64,000 nt of DNA from Eledone cirrhosa. Taxonomy: Eukaryota. Below, piece by piece: positions 1 to 11,179 of this stretch. Each line of letters starts with the position of its first letter. Within the stretch, counting starts at the first letter, position 1. The position numbers and the translations under genes were made by a program. The notes beneath the pieces were generated by a model. That model was not told the origin of the DNA. It ran no database searches and saw only the letters and a list, made by a program, of their open reading frames with translations. The stretch lies in assembly GCA_964016885.1 (NCBI GenBank), contig OZ024752.1:17112001-17176000 (forward strand), read 5' to 3'.

Positions 1-405
1 AAAATAATAATAATAATAATAATAAATAAAAAAAAAAAAAGAAATATATATATATATATATATATATACATACATATATACACACATACATACACATACA
101 CACACACATATACACACACACATACATTAATAACAATAATAATAATAATAATGATTTCATTTATTGGCCACAAGGGCCGACATATAGGGGACAACACAAT
201 AGACAGGGACAGTGGGGGTTTACATAGAGATCGAGTAAGTATAAATAACAAAAAAACAAAATAACAATAAAAATACAACAATGAAAGTTCCCCAATAAGA
301 GGGATCACCACCCAGGGTTGACTCAAGCACCCCACCAGTCCTGAGCCACCCGACGCTCCTAGGGCACCCGGGAAGGGCACCCCTCTCCTTCTCGAATTCA
401 CCAGC

Positions 406-3400
406 CTACAGGCGCATGATCAGAGTAGGCCCACTCACGCGGGCCATTCTCGCCACATTCACCCACCTTTCAGTAAATGTACTGGGGGGCAGCACTTCTC
501 TCTCCACCCTCACCTTCCTTTCCAAGTGAAACTTGAAGAAGTTGATGAGGGATTGGCCGAAGAGAAAAGTGTCTGTCTTCAGTCCTTTCAACCTGGTCCA
601 CCATGCAACCTCTTTCGCTACTGCCACCAGGCAGAGGAAAATTGCCTGCCCTTCCTGACCAAAAGAAGGCGGCGGGTCAATCTTCACTATGGACTCGGAC
701 GATAGCCGGATCCGTTCTACACGCGACAATAGCTGTTCGACATAACCCCACAAGTCAGCAATGCACGGACACTGGACGAGTGCGTGCAGAACGGTTTCGT
801 CGCTCTGCGCGCATCTCGGGCAGGTTCGTCTGACAGCACTTCCGTGCCTGTAGAGTTTATCCCGAACCGGCAGCGCCCCCCGGTAGCACTGCCAAGCGAG
901 GGATTTCTGGAAGTTATCCATCGTCCCCGGCTCGAAAGTCCTCCGGAACATACTGGTCAGTTCTACTTCGTTGACGCCCAGAGCCTCTCCTAGTACGTCA
1001 TCGCACTTGCCCTCCACTAATCCTCTATAGAAATCTTGAGTGGAAGTTCCACTGACCGCATTGCCCACCTTGCAGAGTGCAGTGAGCGCCTGGCAACATT
1101 CCAGATGCCAGTCGCCCAGTCTCGGTCTCTTCTTGACCCAGGACTCCAGCTCAGTCAAAGAGATGAGCTGCGGAAAGGCCCGTCTAACAAACGGCGACCA
1201 CACCTGTTCACCGTTTAGGCAAAATATCTGGAGATGTCGCAGCCTCAGCGCATGTCTGCGCATCATTAGCCACGGCATGCCCAGCCCTCCACGAAGAGGG
1301 TGCTGGCAGCAGATGGACCGCCTCACCAACGGGACCCGTCCCCTCCACAAAAATTTGAAAAGGAGCCGTTCCAAATTGGCGAGGCGTGGACGGGGGCAAG
1401 GCACGACGGTCAGGCGGTAGTAGATGACGGACGCGATGTACGCGTTCGCCACCTCCGCCCGCCCTTTCAGTGATAGCTTTCTCTCAGCCCATTTCTGGGT
1501 GAGGTTGGCTATCCTGCTCGTCACCTCGTCCCAATTCTTATCCACCTGGAGGTCTGGTCCGAACCAAACCCCGAGCAACTTTACCGGTCCGTCTGTCCAG
1601 CGCCCAACGACGCTGTTGGACGGCATGGACTTGCCTCTCCAGGTGCCGAGCTGCAAGCCCACCGACTTTTCCGGGTTAAGTTTTGCTCCCGTCAACCTTT
1701 CATATTCCTCCAAATGGGTGCGGATCACCTCGATTTCCGAGGTGTCCGACACCATCACGGTGATGTCGTCCGCATAAGCGGACGCAGCCTTTCTACGTCC
1801 CGGTTCGAGCGGGATGCCCTGCAACAACTCCAGCTTCCGCAGTAGAGGCTCAAGAGTCAATACGTACAGAAGTGAGGAGAGAGGGCACCCTTGACGGACC
1901 GATCGAGAGATCTGAAACGGTTCCGAGAGGTGGCCATTAACTTTGACCACCGAGCGGATGCCGCTGTACATTGCAGCGATCCAGCTTCTGAAGACGGGGC
2001 CGAAGCCAGCCGCCTCGAGGACAGCCTCCAAGTACCGATGGTCGACCCTATCGAATGCTTTCGATTGATCTAAATTGATCAGAGCCCCACCGAAGCCAGG
2101 TTTGCACCCAACCCTCTCTATGATGTATCGCATGAGGTGGAGGTTGTCGTGTATGGACCTGGTCGGGATTGCGCAAGTTTGCGCCTCCCCAACCAAATCT
2201 TTGACGACAAGCGCCAACCTTTTCGCTAACACCTTGGCCAAAATCTTAAACTCTGTGTTGAGCAGGGTTATGGGCCTGAAATTATCTAGTGTGTCCCTCT
2301 TGTTCTCGTCTTTCCTTATCAGCGTCACTACGCCACGGCTCACAGAACTGGGAATGCTCCCGTTCTGCTGCCAGTTGCAGTAGAGCGCTTCGAGGAGATC
2401 GGAGAACAAGTCTGGCATATTTACGTAAAGCTCGTAGGGCAGACCATCCAAACCGGGTGACTTGCGACTCGAGCAGCCGACAAGGGCGTCCTGAATTTCG
2501 GCTGATGTTATCGGCTCTTCGCAGCGCTCAGCGTCGGCCGTCGAGAGGCGTGGCAAGCCGTCGAGGTAGGGACTGAAGTCCGCCGCCGTCTCCGACTCAC
2601 CCATCCTCCCGAACAATCGAGCAAAGTGCTGGCGAAAGGCCTCACACATCTGCTTGGAATCGCTCAGTTCGTGTCCATCTCGATCCGTCAAAGACCGAAT
2701 TGTGGTTTTATTTCCACGCTGCGTCTCTGCAAAGCGAGCCCATCGGGCAGCTTTGCTTCCCTCGTTCCTCAGAGCACGCGCCTTAGCTCTGACAATGCAA
2801 CCTTCGTGTTTCGCATTGAAGAAATGGTCTAGTGCCATTCTCGCCGCTAGCACGTCTGTTGCAATGCCACTACAAATAGCCTCGTCTAACTTAGCTATCA
2901 GCCCCTCCTCCTTTCTATTTTTCTCTATTGCTACTTCTTTGCTAAATCCTATCGAGGTTGCTCTAATCTCTCTTTTGAGTGCCCCCCACCACCTGTTGTT
3001 GACAACCCCCCCTGTCAACTTTTGCTTAACTAAGTTGTTGACCCGGTCCCTGTAAGCTTTACGTGCCGGAAACGACATGTTTAGCTTCCAGTAGCTAGGT
3101 CCTAACCTACGTGTCTTATCTAGGTCGACCATACAGATCACAAGCTTGTGATCTGAATAGGCAACCGTTTTAAAATGTGGACATCCTACACTATTTCTAT
3201 CTCTTTTCCTAATGAAAATCCTATCTATGTACGATCTAGATGACCCTATGCGATTGGTCCAGGTCCATACTGGCGCATTAGGGAAATCTAGTCGGTACCT
3301 GTCAGACAGTTGAAACTGGCTGATCAGGTACTTGAGGCTTTTGCACCCCCCGCTCCTATCAGATACTCCCACACAATCCCAGCGTGCTTCTAAGATGCCA

Positions 3401-3825
3401 TTCCAATCCCCTATTAACAGTAAAGGGCGAGACGTAAGCAGAAAGTTTTCCAGGCGCCTAAAGAAGTCCGGCCGACCGGCCCCAGTAGGGGCGTAGACGG
3501 CCACCAGTCTAAAGGCACCACCTTCGCCACTGCTCACGTCCAGGACCACCAACTTTCCGTCAGGATCCCGGAAGATTGACCTTACCTCGAGATCCAGACA
3601 TTTCCTAAACAGCACAGCCACTCCACCTCCCATTCCCGGCCGACTAACAGATGCAAAGATCTGATAATCGTCGAAAATCGGCGCCAGTGCGCGTGTGTCG
3701 GAAATTCTGGTCTCGCTGATGGCAATTACATCCATTCCTAGTGACCTGAGGTCGTTGAGCAAGTGACCTTGCTTCCAGGGCGACCCCAGGCCACGAACAT
3801 TTAAACTTCCTACTCTTATGGCCAT
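406..3825 (-). CDS. Tx1-type ORF2: APE endonuclease + reverse transcriptase + C-terminal zinc finger (1139 aa)
   Basis: APE motifs SLNVRGL, ISET, VYAP, IGDWN, SYIDRIF and SDH; RT motifs KSPGLDG, FRPITLLN, LDQSKAFDRV, RQGCPLS and AYADD; C-terminal CPRC...ETVLHALVQC. Confidence 0.96.
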   Translation of the reverse strand: MAIRVGSLNVRGLGSPWKQGHLLNDLRSLGMDVIAISETRISDTRALAPIFDDYQIFASVSRPGMGGGVAVLFRKCLDLEVRSIFRDPDGKLVVLDVSSGEGGAFRLVAVYAPTGAGRPDFFRRLENFLLTSRPLLLIGDWNGILEARWDCVGVSDRSGGCKSLKYLISQFQLSDRYRLDFPNAPVWTWTNRIGSSRSYIDRIFIRKRDRNSVGCPHFKTVAYSDHKLVICMVDLDKTRRLGPSYWKLNMSFPARKAYRDRVNNLVKQKLTGGVVNNRWWGALKREIRATSIGFSKEVAIEKNRKEEGLIAKLDEAICSGIATDVLAARMALDHFFNAKHEGCIVRAKARALRNEGSKAARWARFAETQRGNKTTIRSLTDRDGHELSDSKQMCEAFRQHFARLFGRMGESETAADFSPYLDGLPRLSTADAERCEEPITSAEIQDALVGCSSRKSPGLDGLPYELYVNMPDLFSDLLEALYCNWQQNGSIPSSVSRGVVTLIRKDENKRDTLDNFRPITLLNTEFKILAKVLAKRLALVVKDLVGEAQTCAIPTRSIHDNLHLMRYIIERVGCKPGFGGALINLDQSKAFDRVDHRYLEAVLEAAGFGPVFRSWIAAMYSGIRSVVKVNGHLSEPFQISRSVRQGCPLSSLLYVLTLEPLLRKLELLQGIPLEPGRRKAASAYADDITVMVSDTSEIEVIRTHLEEYERLTGAKLNPEKSVGLQLGTWRGKSMPSNSVVGRWTDGPVKLLGVWFGPDLQVDKNWDEVTSRIANLTQKWAERKLSLKGRAEVANAYIASVIYYRLTVVPCPRPRLANLERLLFKFLWRGRVPLVRRSICCQHPLRGGLGMPWLMMRRHALRLRHLQIFCLNGEQVWSPFVRRAFPQLISLTELESWVKKRPRLGDWHLECCQALTALCKVGNAVSGTSTQDFYRGLVEGKCDDVLGEALGVNEVELTSMFRRTFEPGTMDNFQKSLAWQCYRGALPVRDKLYRHGSAVRRTCPRCAQSDETVLHALVQCPCIADLWGYVEQLLSRVERIRLSSESIVKIDPPPSFGQEGQAIFLCLVAVAKEVAWWTRLKGLKTDTFLFGQSLINFFKFHLERKVRVEREVLPPSTFTERWVNVARMARVSGPTLIMRL

Positions 3826-3854
3826 GCTGGCAGGATGAATGGGAGAGGAAAGGT

Positions 3855-5765
3855 TTACTTACCTTCCGGGGTCTTGTGAAGGTCGGGTGGTTCGACCTCC
3901 ATGGTTTGTGGGGTTTCTTTTGGGAACCCCTTTAATAGTCTTGACGTGGGTTTTACGTTCGGGGTTCCCACATCCCGAGGAAAGCTCTTTCGAATTTCTT
4001 TGTATGAAGCGAGCGACATTCGCATCAGAAGCAAATTATCTGGTACGCGAAATGTGCTCGCTTCAAATGTTTCCCCGTCTTTTTCGATGTTTGTGCTTCG
4101 TGCTACAAGGGCCATCAATTCCTTGTTGGCCCTTCTGGCAAGCACGAAGTTTTTAATGTTTTGTTGCTCGGGTTTTATTTGTTCGTGTGATTGTGGTGGT
4201 GATAGCTTTGTTAGTGTTGTTTCTATTGTGTCTGCGTTTGTTGTGGGTGGGGTGTCTGTAGTTTCTGATGTTTGTGTGTCTATTTGTTCTTGTGTCTGTT
4301 TAGCTTGTTTGCGTTTGGGGGATTTTGGTGGTTGTGTTGGTGATGCTGTGGGGAAAATGTTTGTGTGGGTGGTGTGTGTATTTTTTTTTGTGGGGGTGTT
4401 TGTGCTTTGTGGATTTCTTTTTTTTTTGTGTTTTGTTTTTTGTATTTTGGGGGACTTTGGTTTTCCCTCATCTTCACTGCTGGAGGATGAGGGGTCTGTG
4501 GCTGTGAGCGTGTTTGTGTCTGAGTGAGTGTTTATGTTCTTGTTCGTGTGTGTATTTTGGGGGGGAGGGGGAATGGGAGAGCTTTCCTCGTTTCCCCCCT
4601 GGGTGTGCAATTTTGGTGGTTCCATTGTTGACGGTGTTGCTGGTGGTCCTTGTCCCGGCGTCGCCAGCAGTGGAATCTTTCGACCCCTTGCGCTTTTCGG
4701 CAGTTGAGGGCAGAAGGCTCGCAAGTGTGTCGTTTCCCCACAAAGGAAACAATGCGGCCTTTTGCCCTCAGTCATTATATGCAACACCCTCCCGTTTTGG
4801 AGGCGGATGTGGTCCGGGATTGTTTTTACGTTTTCGGGTCTGATTTGGAGCAGTATCTCCAGATCAACCCCGGACCAGTCGTCCCTGGCAGTTCTCGTTG
4901 CCTCTACCGGGACTGTATCCGTTCCTTCCACGATTACGCAACCCAGGAGCCACCACATATCAAGTCCTGGTGGAATCCTGGGAATGCGCACACGTGCTAT
5001 TCGTTTTCCCATGTGGGAGGGGTACATTATGACCTTGCTGGTTTTGCAAGGGGTCATTGAATGCTTCACAGCGAGGGCTTCAGACTTGAACAGCACCGAA
5101 ACGGTGCCGTATTGCCTGCCCCTCTCTATGAAGTCTGTGTCCTCTCTGATGTATTTCAGTGCGGCTTCTATGTCAGCTTGGGCGATTATCGCTGCCCTCT
5201 TTGTCTCTACTGAGATGCATCTGAAATGCACCGTTCTTTTTTCCACTGCCTCAATGGCTTCTGCCGGGACAGTTAAGTTTGCCCAGGTCTGCTCTTGATT
5301 TATGATTTTCCAGGCCTGGGCCAACTTTTCCTCTCTGTTGGTTAAGTCGATGCTGTAGCATGGTCTCCTTTTAGCCGCTGCCACAGCAGCGAAAGTGTTC
5401 TTGTTGGTGTTGTCACTGTTGTTGTTCTTGTTGGTGTTGCTGCTGCTATTGCTGTTGTTGTTCTCCCCTGTGTCGTGGTTACCCTCTGTGCTGTTGGCCT
5501 TGTTGGTGCTGTTGCTGTCGCTACTATTACTCTCTGTGCTGTTCGTTTTGTTGGTGCTCTCGTTATTACCACCTTCTGCGCTGTTCGGCTTGTTGGTGTT
5601 GGTGTTGTCGCTGTTACCACCTTCCGCGCCGCTCGGCCCGTTGGTGCTGGCACTGTCGCTGCTCACATTCGTGCTGGTGGCGCTCCTCGCCTCACCTCTC
5701 CTCTCAACGCTCAAGTCGCCGTTGCACGACAGCAGACCCGCCTCTAGGGGGCGTGGCTCCGCCAT
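3855..5765 (-). CDS. Tx1-type ORF1 (gag-like, zinc knuckle; 636 aa)
   Basis: Directly upstream of ORF2. Contains CFLCGETTHLRAFC (CX2CX4HX4C), TFAAVAA, an N/S/T-rich N-terminus and a K/T/P-rich C-terminus. Confidence 0.88.
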   Translation of the reverse strand: MAEPRPLEAGLLSCNGDLSVERRGEARSATSTNVSSDSASTNGPSGAEGGNSDNTNTNKPNSAEGGNNESTNKTNSTESNSSDSNSTNKANSTEGNHDTGENNNSNSSSNTNKNNNSDNTNKNTFAAVAAAKRRPCYSIDLTNREEKLAQAWKIINQEQTWANLTVPAEAIEAVEKRTVHFRCISVETKRAAIIAQADIEAALKYIREDTDFIERGRQYGTVSVLFKSEALAVKHSMTPCKTSKVIMYPSHMGKRIARVRIPRIPPGLDMWWLLGCVIVEGTDTVPVEATRTARDDWSGVDLEILLQIRPENVKTIPDHIRLQNGRVLHIMTEGKRPHCFLCGETTHLRAFCPQLPKSARGRKIPLLATPGQGPPATPSTMEPPKLHTQGGNEESSPIPPPPQNTHTNKNINTHSDTNTLTATDPSSSSSEDEGKPKSPKIQKTKHKKKRNPQSTNTPTKKNTHTTHTNIFPTASPTQPPKSPKRKQAKQTQEQIDTQTSETTDTPPTTNADTIETTLTKLSPPQSHEQIKPEQQNIKNFVLARRANKELMALVARSTNIEKDGETFEASTFRVPDNLLLMRMSLASYKEIRKSFPRDVGTPNVKPTSRLLKGFPKETPQTMEVEPPDLHKTPEGK

Positions 5766-6029
5766 GTTTTTTTGAGAAAAAAATTATTATTTTTTTTCAA
5801 AATAAAGTTCAAATATTTGGGCCAAAAGGCCCAAATATTATGAGTTATTCCTTCACAGGATACAAATTAATGTCTTATAATGCTTCAGCGGTACAAAAAA
5901 TAAACAATTCTCTACAATTAATCCTCAAAAAATTGCTTACTCACGGAGCTTCAAAAAACGTACATCCACTTTCGTCAATAATAATAATAATAATAATAGC
6001 AATAATAATAATAACGACAACAACAATAA

Positions 6030-6192
6030 TGTTTTCTTTATTAACCACAAGGGTTCACATAATGTAGACATTAAGGACAGTACAGGACAATACAGGACGG
6101 TACAAATGGGCATTTCTGCGTGTAAAAAAACAGAGGTTGAAATAAAATAACAAAGAAAAATTCCCCAATACGGGGGAGACTTCCAAGGTTCG
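6030..6192 (-). mobile_element. Short 3'-end fragment of a related Tx1 family
   Basis: TTTATTAACCACAAGGG and TTCCCCAATA resemble the 3' UTR blocks at 160-176 and 287-297 of the intact element. Flanked by (AAT)/(AAC) repeats. Confidence 0.6.
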
Positions 6193-6281
6193 ACAACAAC
6201 AATAATAATATACATATTCATATATATATACACACACACGCACGCACATAAGCATATCTACACACACACACACGATAGCAA

Positions 6282-9200
6282 CTAACAGTACTGCGATCGA
6301 ATGTGGCTTTTTAGCCCAGCCAATGATCTAAAATGTCTTGCACAGAGTCGGCAACCAAAACATTCACTGGGAATAGTCGGCTGTGGTTGGAGTTCGTGTA
6401 CTTTTGCATGTCGCTTGAGCCCTCCTGCTGATTTACATTCTCTACCACATGTTTGGCAAGCATGATGAGTAGCATCTCCAACAGCAGCCTGGTAGTCAAC
6501 CACTGGTCTTACTTTATGACTGCGAAGATGACTTTCGAGTCCAGCTTTGCTTAGGCAGAGTCTCGCACAGACGCTGCATGTCAGCACCATAGGAGGACCC
6601 TCGCCGCCTGGAAGTGCAACAGCAATGCCCTTCCTCACATCCCGCTTTACCTTCTCGTGTGCGATTCGAGATGCCTCAAAGGCAACTTTTCCCTCATATA
6701 CAGTCTTTCTCCATTTATTACGATCAGCAGCAATATTCTCCCATGTATCAGCAGAGATGTTAGCGTCTTTCAGAGAGGCTTTCAAGGAATCCGTATACCT
6801 CTTTTTTGGTTTATGTGGCGGTCGTTTTCCTTTAACCAACTCTCCATAGAAGAGTTGTTTTGGTATTCTAGAATCCTTCATCCTGGCAAGGTGACCACTC
6901 CAACGGAGTTGTTGCTTAAGCACAAGAGCTTCTATACTGTCACACATAGAGCTTTCCAAAATCTCGACATCACTGATGTGGTCCCTCCAGTGAACGCCAT
7001 GGATCCGTCTGAGACACATCTGATGGAAACGCTCCAATTTCTTAAGGTGGCGTCGATATGTGACCCAGGTCTCGCAGGCATAAAGAAGACAAGAGAGTAC
7101 ACATGCCCTGTACACCTTTACCTTTGTCCTCCTGCATATGTCTCGCCGACCCCCAGAGTCGCCTTTCTAGCTTTCCGAAAGCATCACTTGCTTTCCTAAT
7201 CCTAAGTGAGATTTCACCGTCAAGGTTGCCGTATCGATTGACAGTGCTTCCCAGGTAGACAAACTGATCAACCACTCCAAGTCGTTTGCCATACACATAG
7301 ATGTTTGGTTCAGTGTATTGCTTACTAGGGGCAGGTTGGTACATGACGACGGTTTTCTTGAGACTGACAGTCAAACCCAGGGCAGTGCAAGCGTTAGAAA
7401 ATGCATTCAAAATGTGCTGCATATCACTCTCTGTGTGCGCTACAAGATCTCAATCATCTGCATACAAGAGGTCTCTTATGATTGATGTAAATACTTTTGT
7501 CTTCGCAGCAAAGCGCCTGATGTTAAATATGCTGCCTGAGGTTCGATATCGGATGTAAACACCATGCTCGCAATTCCTGAATGCAATACAGAAAACCATT
7601 GCAAAGTATATGGCAAACAGGGACGGTGCTGGAATATCCCCCTGTTTCACTCTATTTTTTACTGAGATAGGCTCCGACATGTTACCTCCGACATTAACCC
7701 AAGCCTTCATGTCGTCATGGAAAGACCTAACTAAAGCAAGGAACTTATCAGGACAACCAAGTTTCTGGAGAACCTTCCATAATGCATCTCTGTTGACAGT
7801 ATCGAAAGCCTTTGTCAGATCGAGAAAAACCTGATACAGATCCAAGCCTTGTTCAATGCACTTCTGGAGCTGTCTAGCTGAGAAGATCATATCAGTAGTG
7901 CCGCGTCCAGCACGAAAACCAAATTGACTTTCAGGAAGAACACAATCTGCAATGTGTGTCAGCAGACGGTCCAGAAGCACCCTACATAAAACTTTCCCTA
8001 CGACAGAAAGCAATGATATACCTCTGTAGTTCCCACAATCATTCCTGTTACCCTTTCCCTTGTACAAGACCACCATTACTGCATCTCTCCAGTCCTCAGG
8101 TACGGATTCATTAGCCCATATCCTTCCAAACAAAGAGTGAAGATGTTGCAGGAGTCTCTCACCACCATATTGTAGGAGCTCAGCATGTATGCCATCCATA
8201 CCTGGAGACCTTCCACTGTTCAGCTTCGAGATAGCCGCCGCAACCTCCACAAGCGTCGGAGGTTCTGCGAAAGCTACTTTCACAGGACTTTCCGGAATGA
8301 GATTGAGGAAATCTTCATTGACGACAGACGGCTGATTCAAAAGATCATCAAAGTGCTCTCGCCACCTTCGTAGAATTCCTTGTGAGTCACGAAGAAGTTC
8401 TTTGCCATCCTTGCTGCGAGGCGGTGTCACCAGAGAAGAAGACGGTCCATAAACTTCACGCAAGAGACTGTACAACAGTTTTGTGTTATTGGAATCTGAC
8501 GCAGTTTGTATCTCATCAGCCTTCTCACTCCACCACTTATCCTTCATCTGAGAAAGACTCCGCCTAACACGTGATTTTACATCCTTGAGTTCCTTATGCA
8601 ACATATTCTTCTCCTGTGGTTTTGCCGTCAAGTAGCGTGACAGAGCACACCTCTTATCAGCCAACAAGTCTTCTATATGTATATCATTCTCATTAAACCA
8701 GTCCTGATGTTTTCTCTGCACCAATCCCAGAACACGCCCGCCTACATCATAAACCGAATTTTTAAGGGTCGGCCAATCCTCACCAAGATCTGCAACCTGC
8801 ATCTCTTCTTCCAATGTCCTCTTCACATTTTTATCGTTAAGACGAGCAGCATTCAATCTTTTGGGCAGGGCAACACTAGGAGCCCGGATTTTACGTTTAG
8901 TGATTAGTTTCACCTTTGCGCGTACCAGGCGGTGGTCCGCCCAGCACTCAGCTCCATGAAGAGCACGAACACACTGCACATCCTGTCTGTCACGCATCCT
9001 GACTAGGACGTAGTCCAAAAGATGCCATTCCTTAGATGCAGGATGCATCCATATGGTCTTGAATTTGTTCTTTTGTTGGAACATGGTGTTGGTAATACAC
9101 AGATCCAGCTCCTCACACATCTGCAGCAGGAGCATACCATTGTTGTTACACTTTCCCACCCCATGCATTCCGATTACATTCCATGTGTTAAAATCCCTAC

Positions 9201-9760
9201 CCACTCTAGCATTAAAGTCACCAAGCACTATGACTTTGTCTGCCTGAGGGATATTTCTTAGAACACCTTTCAAGGCATGGTAAAAGGACATTTTTTCTTA
9301 ATCGACAGAATTCATAGTTGGAGCATACACACTCACCAGGGTAGCATATCTTCCCTTGTCCAGCGGAAATCTCATGGACATAAGACGCTCACTAATCCCT
9401 ACTGGGAACTCTTCTAATTTATTCACAAGTACAGTCTTAACAGCAAATCCTACCCCAGCCTCTCTTCTGGTTCCTTCATCTCTTCCTTTCCAGAAGAATG
9501 TATATTCTCCACAAAATCCCGTAAGATGACCATCTCCAGCTAACCTCGTCTCAGATAAAGCCACGATGTCAAGATCGTAACGTCGAAGCTCCTTTGCAAC
9601 AAGAGCGGTCCTTCGTTCAGGACGCTCCGAAGAATCCCTGTCAAGCAGCGTCCGTACGTTCCAGCAGCCAAGACTAAATGCCCTGTTTGGCTCTATTACA
9701 ATGGCACGATGACGAGCGGGCCCAGGCTGTGATAACTTGGGGCCCCTGCCCTTATTGCCA
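6282..9760 (-). mobile_element. RTE (BovB-like) LINE, disrupted; APE-RT plus three C-terminal C2H2 fingers
   Basis: Motifs CWNVRTLLD, VALSETRL, LGDFNARVG, NYRGISLL, FLDLTKAFD and LLYADD (followed by a premature stop). Split over ORFs 9298-9825, 7450-9291, 7042-7422 and 6282-7115. Confidence 0.92.
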
Positions 9761-9894
9761 ATGATCTTTTTTGTTCCAGAACCTAAATTGCCAATTATCT
9801 CTTTTACATTGTTCTGGAACATCATTGAATTGGGGAAAAAAAAAAAAAGAAAAAAAAGTAATAATAATAGTAATAATAATAATAATAATAATAA

Positions 9895-10080
9895 TTGTTT
9901 CTACTTTTTGGCACAAGGCCAGCAATTACCCAGTACATTACTGGTACTTTATTTTATCGACCCCGTAAGGATGAAAGGCAAAGTGAACCTCGGCGGGATT
10001 TGAACTCAGACCGTAAAGGGACGTAACTATGCTGGAAAGCATGATGTCCGACTCTCTACCGATACTGCCAATCCATCGCC
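9895..10080 (-). mobile_element. tRNA-derived SINE (window family S1)
   Basis: A-box TGGCAGTATCGG, B-box GAGTTCAAATCC, central block GCCTTTCATCCTTACGGGGTCGATAAAATAAAGTACC and an (ATT)n tail. Related copies or fragments at about 10720-10860, 26258-26420, 28722-28829, 41725-41909, 45592-45667, 51285-51357 and 52143-52196. Confidence 0.85.
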
Positions 10081-10114
<34 letters not shown>

Positions 10115-10549
10115 GTACACTATTAATAATTATTAATGCACTCGTGCAATGCCTGTGCGTGACGAATATTTTTAAAGTGAGGAAAGACTGTGCACTGAGC
10201 CAATCCCACTCTTTGAGCTATAACCCGAAAAGAAGAAAAGATCAACATCATCGGTAACTACTGAGTCGAAGGTTTTATATCGGAGTTAACCCAGTTTCCT
10301 GAGATGCCTTCTCCTAGAAGAATGCCCTGAAAAGGGCTAGGGGTTCTTCACTCCCAGTGGTTTAACTGCGCGATCGGGCATCCAGCCCGATTATTTCTAT
10401 GTCCCCGCGCGAAAAAAAAAAAAAAAAAAAAGAACACTTATTGACACTTATACGTACGACATACACACACACGCATACATATGCGCGCGCACAGCAACAC
10501 TCATACATACAAATAAACACACACACACGCTACTCTACTCACTTACACG

Positions 10550-10608
<59 letters not shown>

Positions 10609-11179
10609 TACCGTCATTACTGATACAAGATTACAAGATTATGTCAACTGTTGACTTTCAAGAGTTTGTATAGTTGAAGCCGATCGTATTACAGTCCAGT
10701 ATTATTATAATTGCTTTACAGCATAGAGTTATGGCTCCCCACGCTCTGAGCTCAAATCCCGCCGAGGTCAACCTTGCCCTTCATCCCCGCGGAGTCAACA
10801 AAATAGAGTACCAGTGATGCGCTGGACAGTCGCTGGATCCGTGCCAAAAGCAGAAAAATTATTATTAAAGTTGTTTTCTTAAGGCCCGGTCGCTGGTGAT
10901 GGTGATGGCGGCGGCGGTGGCGGTGGTGGTGGCAGTTGATGTTGTTGTGTGTGTGTGTGTGTTTTGTTATTTTGAGTTTTTTTGTTTTTTTTTCCCCTTT
11001 TCTTTTCTTTTCTTTTCCCTTCCTTTTTTTATGTTTTGATGCCGCTGTTGTTGTTGTTGTAAATGTTCATTTCAGTTCATTCTGAAGCTGTTGTTGCTGT
11101 AAACATTAGTGCCGGTGTTGTTGTTGTTGTAGATGTTGGGGTTGAAATCTGGTCGTTTGACTGAGTGATGTATATATTT

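Larger units (their letters stand above)
150..5976 (-). mobile_element. Full-length, apparently intact Tx1/L1-clade non-LTR retrotransposon
   Basis: Two uninterrupted ORFs separated by 29 bp, a 5' UTR of about 210 bp, and a 3' UTR with AATAAA followed by (ATT)n. (AAT)n tracts lie on both sides (128-152 and 5977-6030). Confidence 0.93.

Noticed and set aside
3901-5775. Hydrophobic plus-strand ORFs (3901-4527, 5395-5775) as membrane proteins
   Set aside because: They are antisense shadows of the A/C-rich ORF1.
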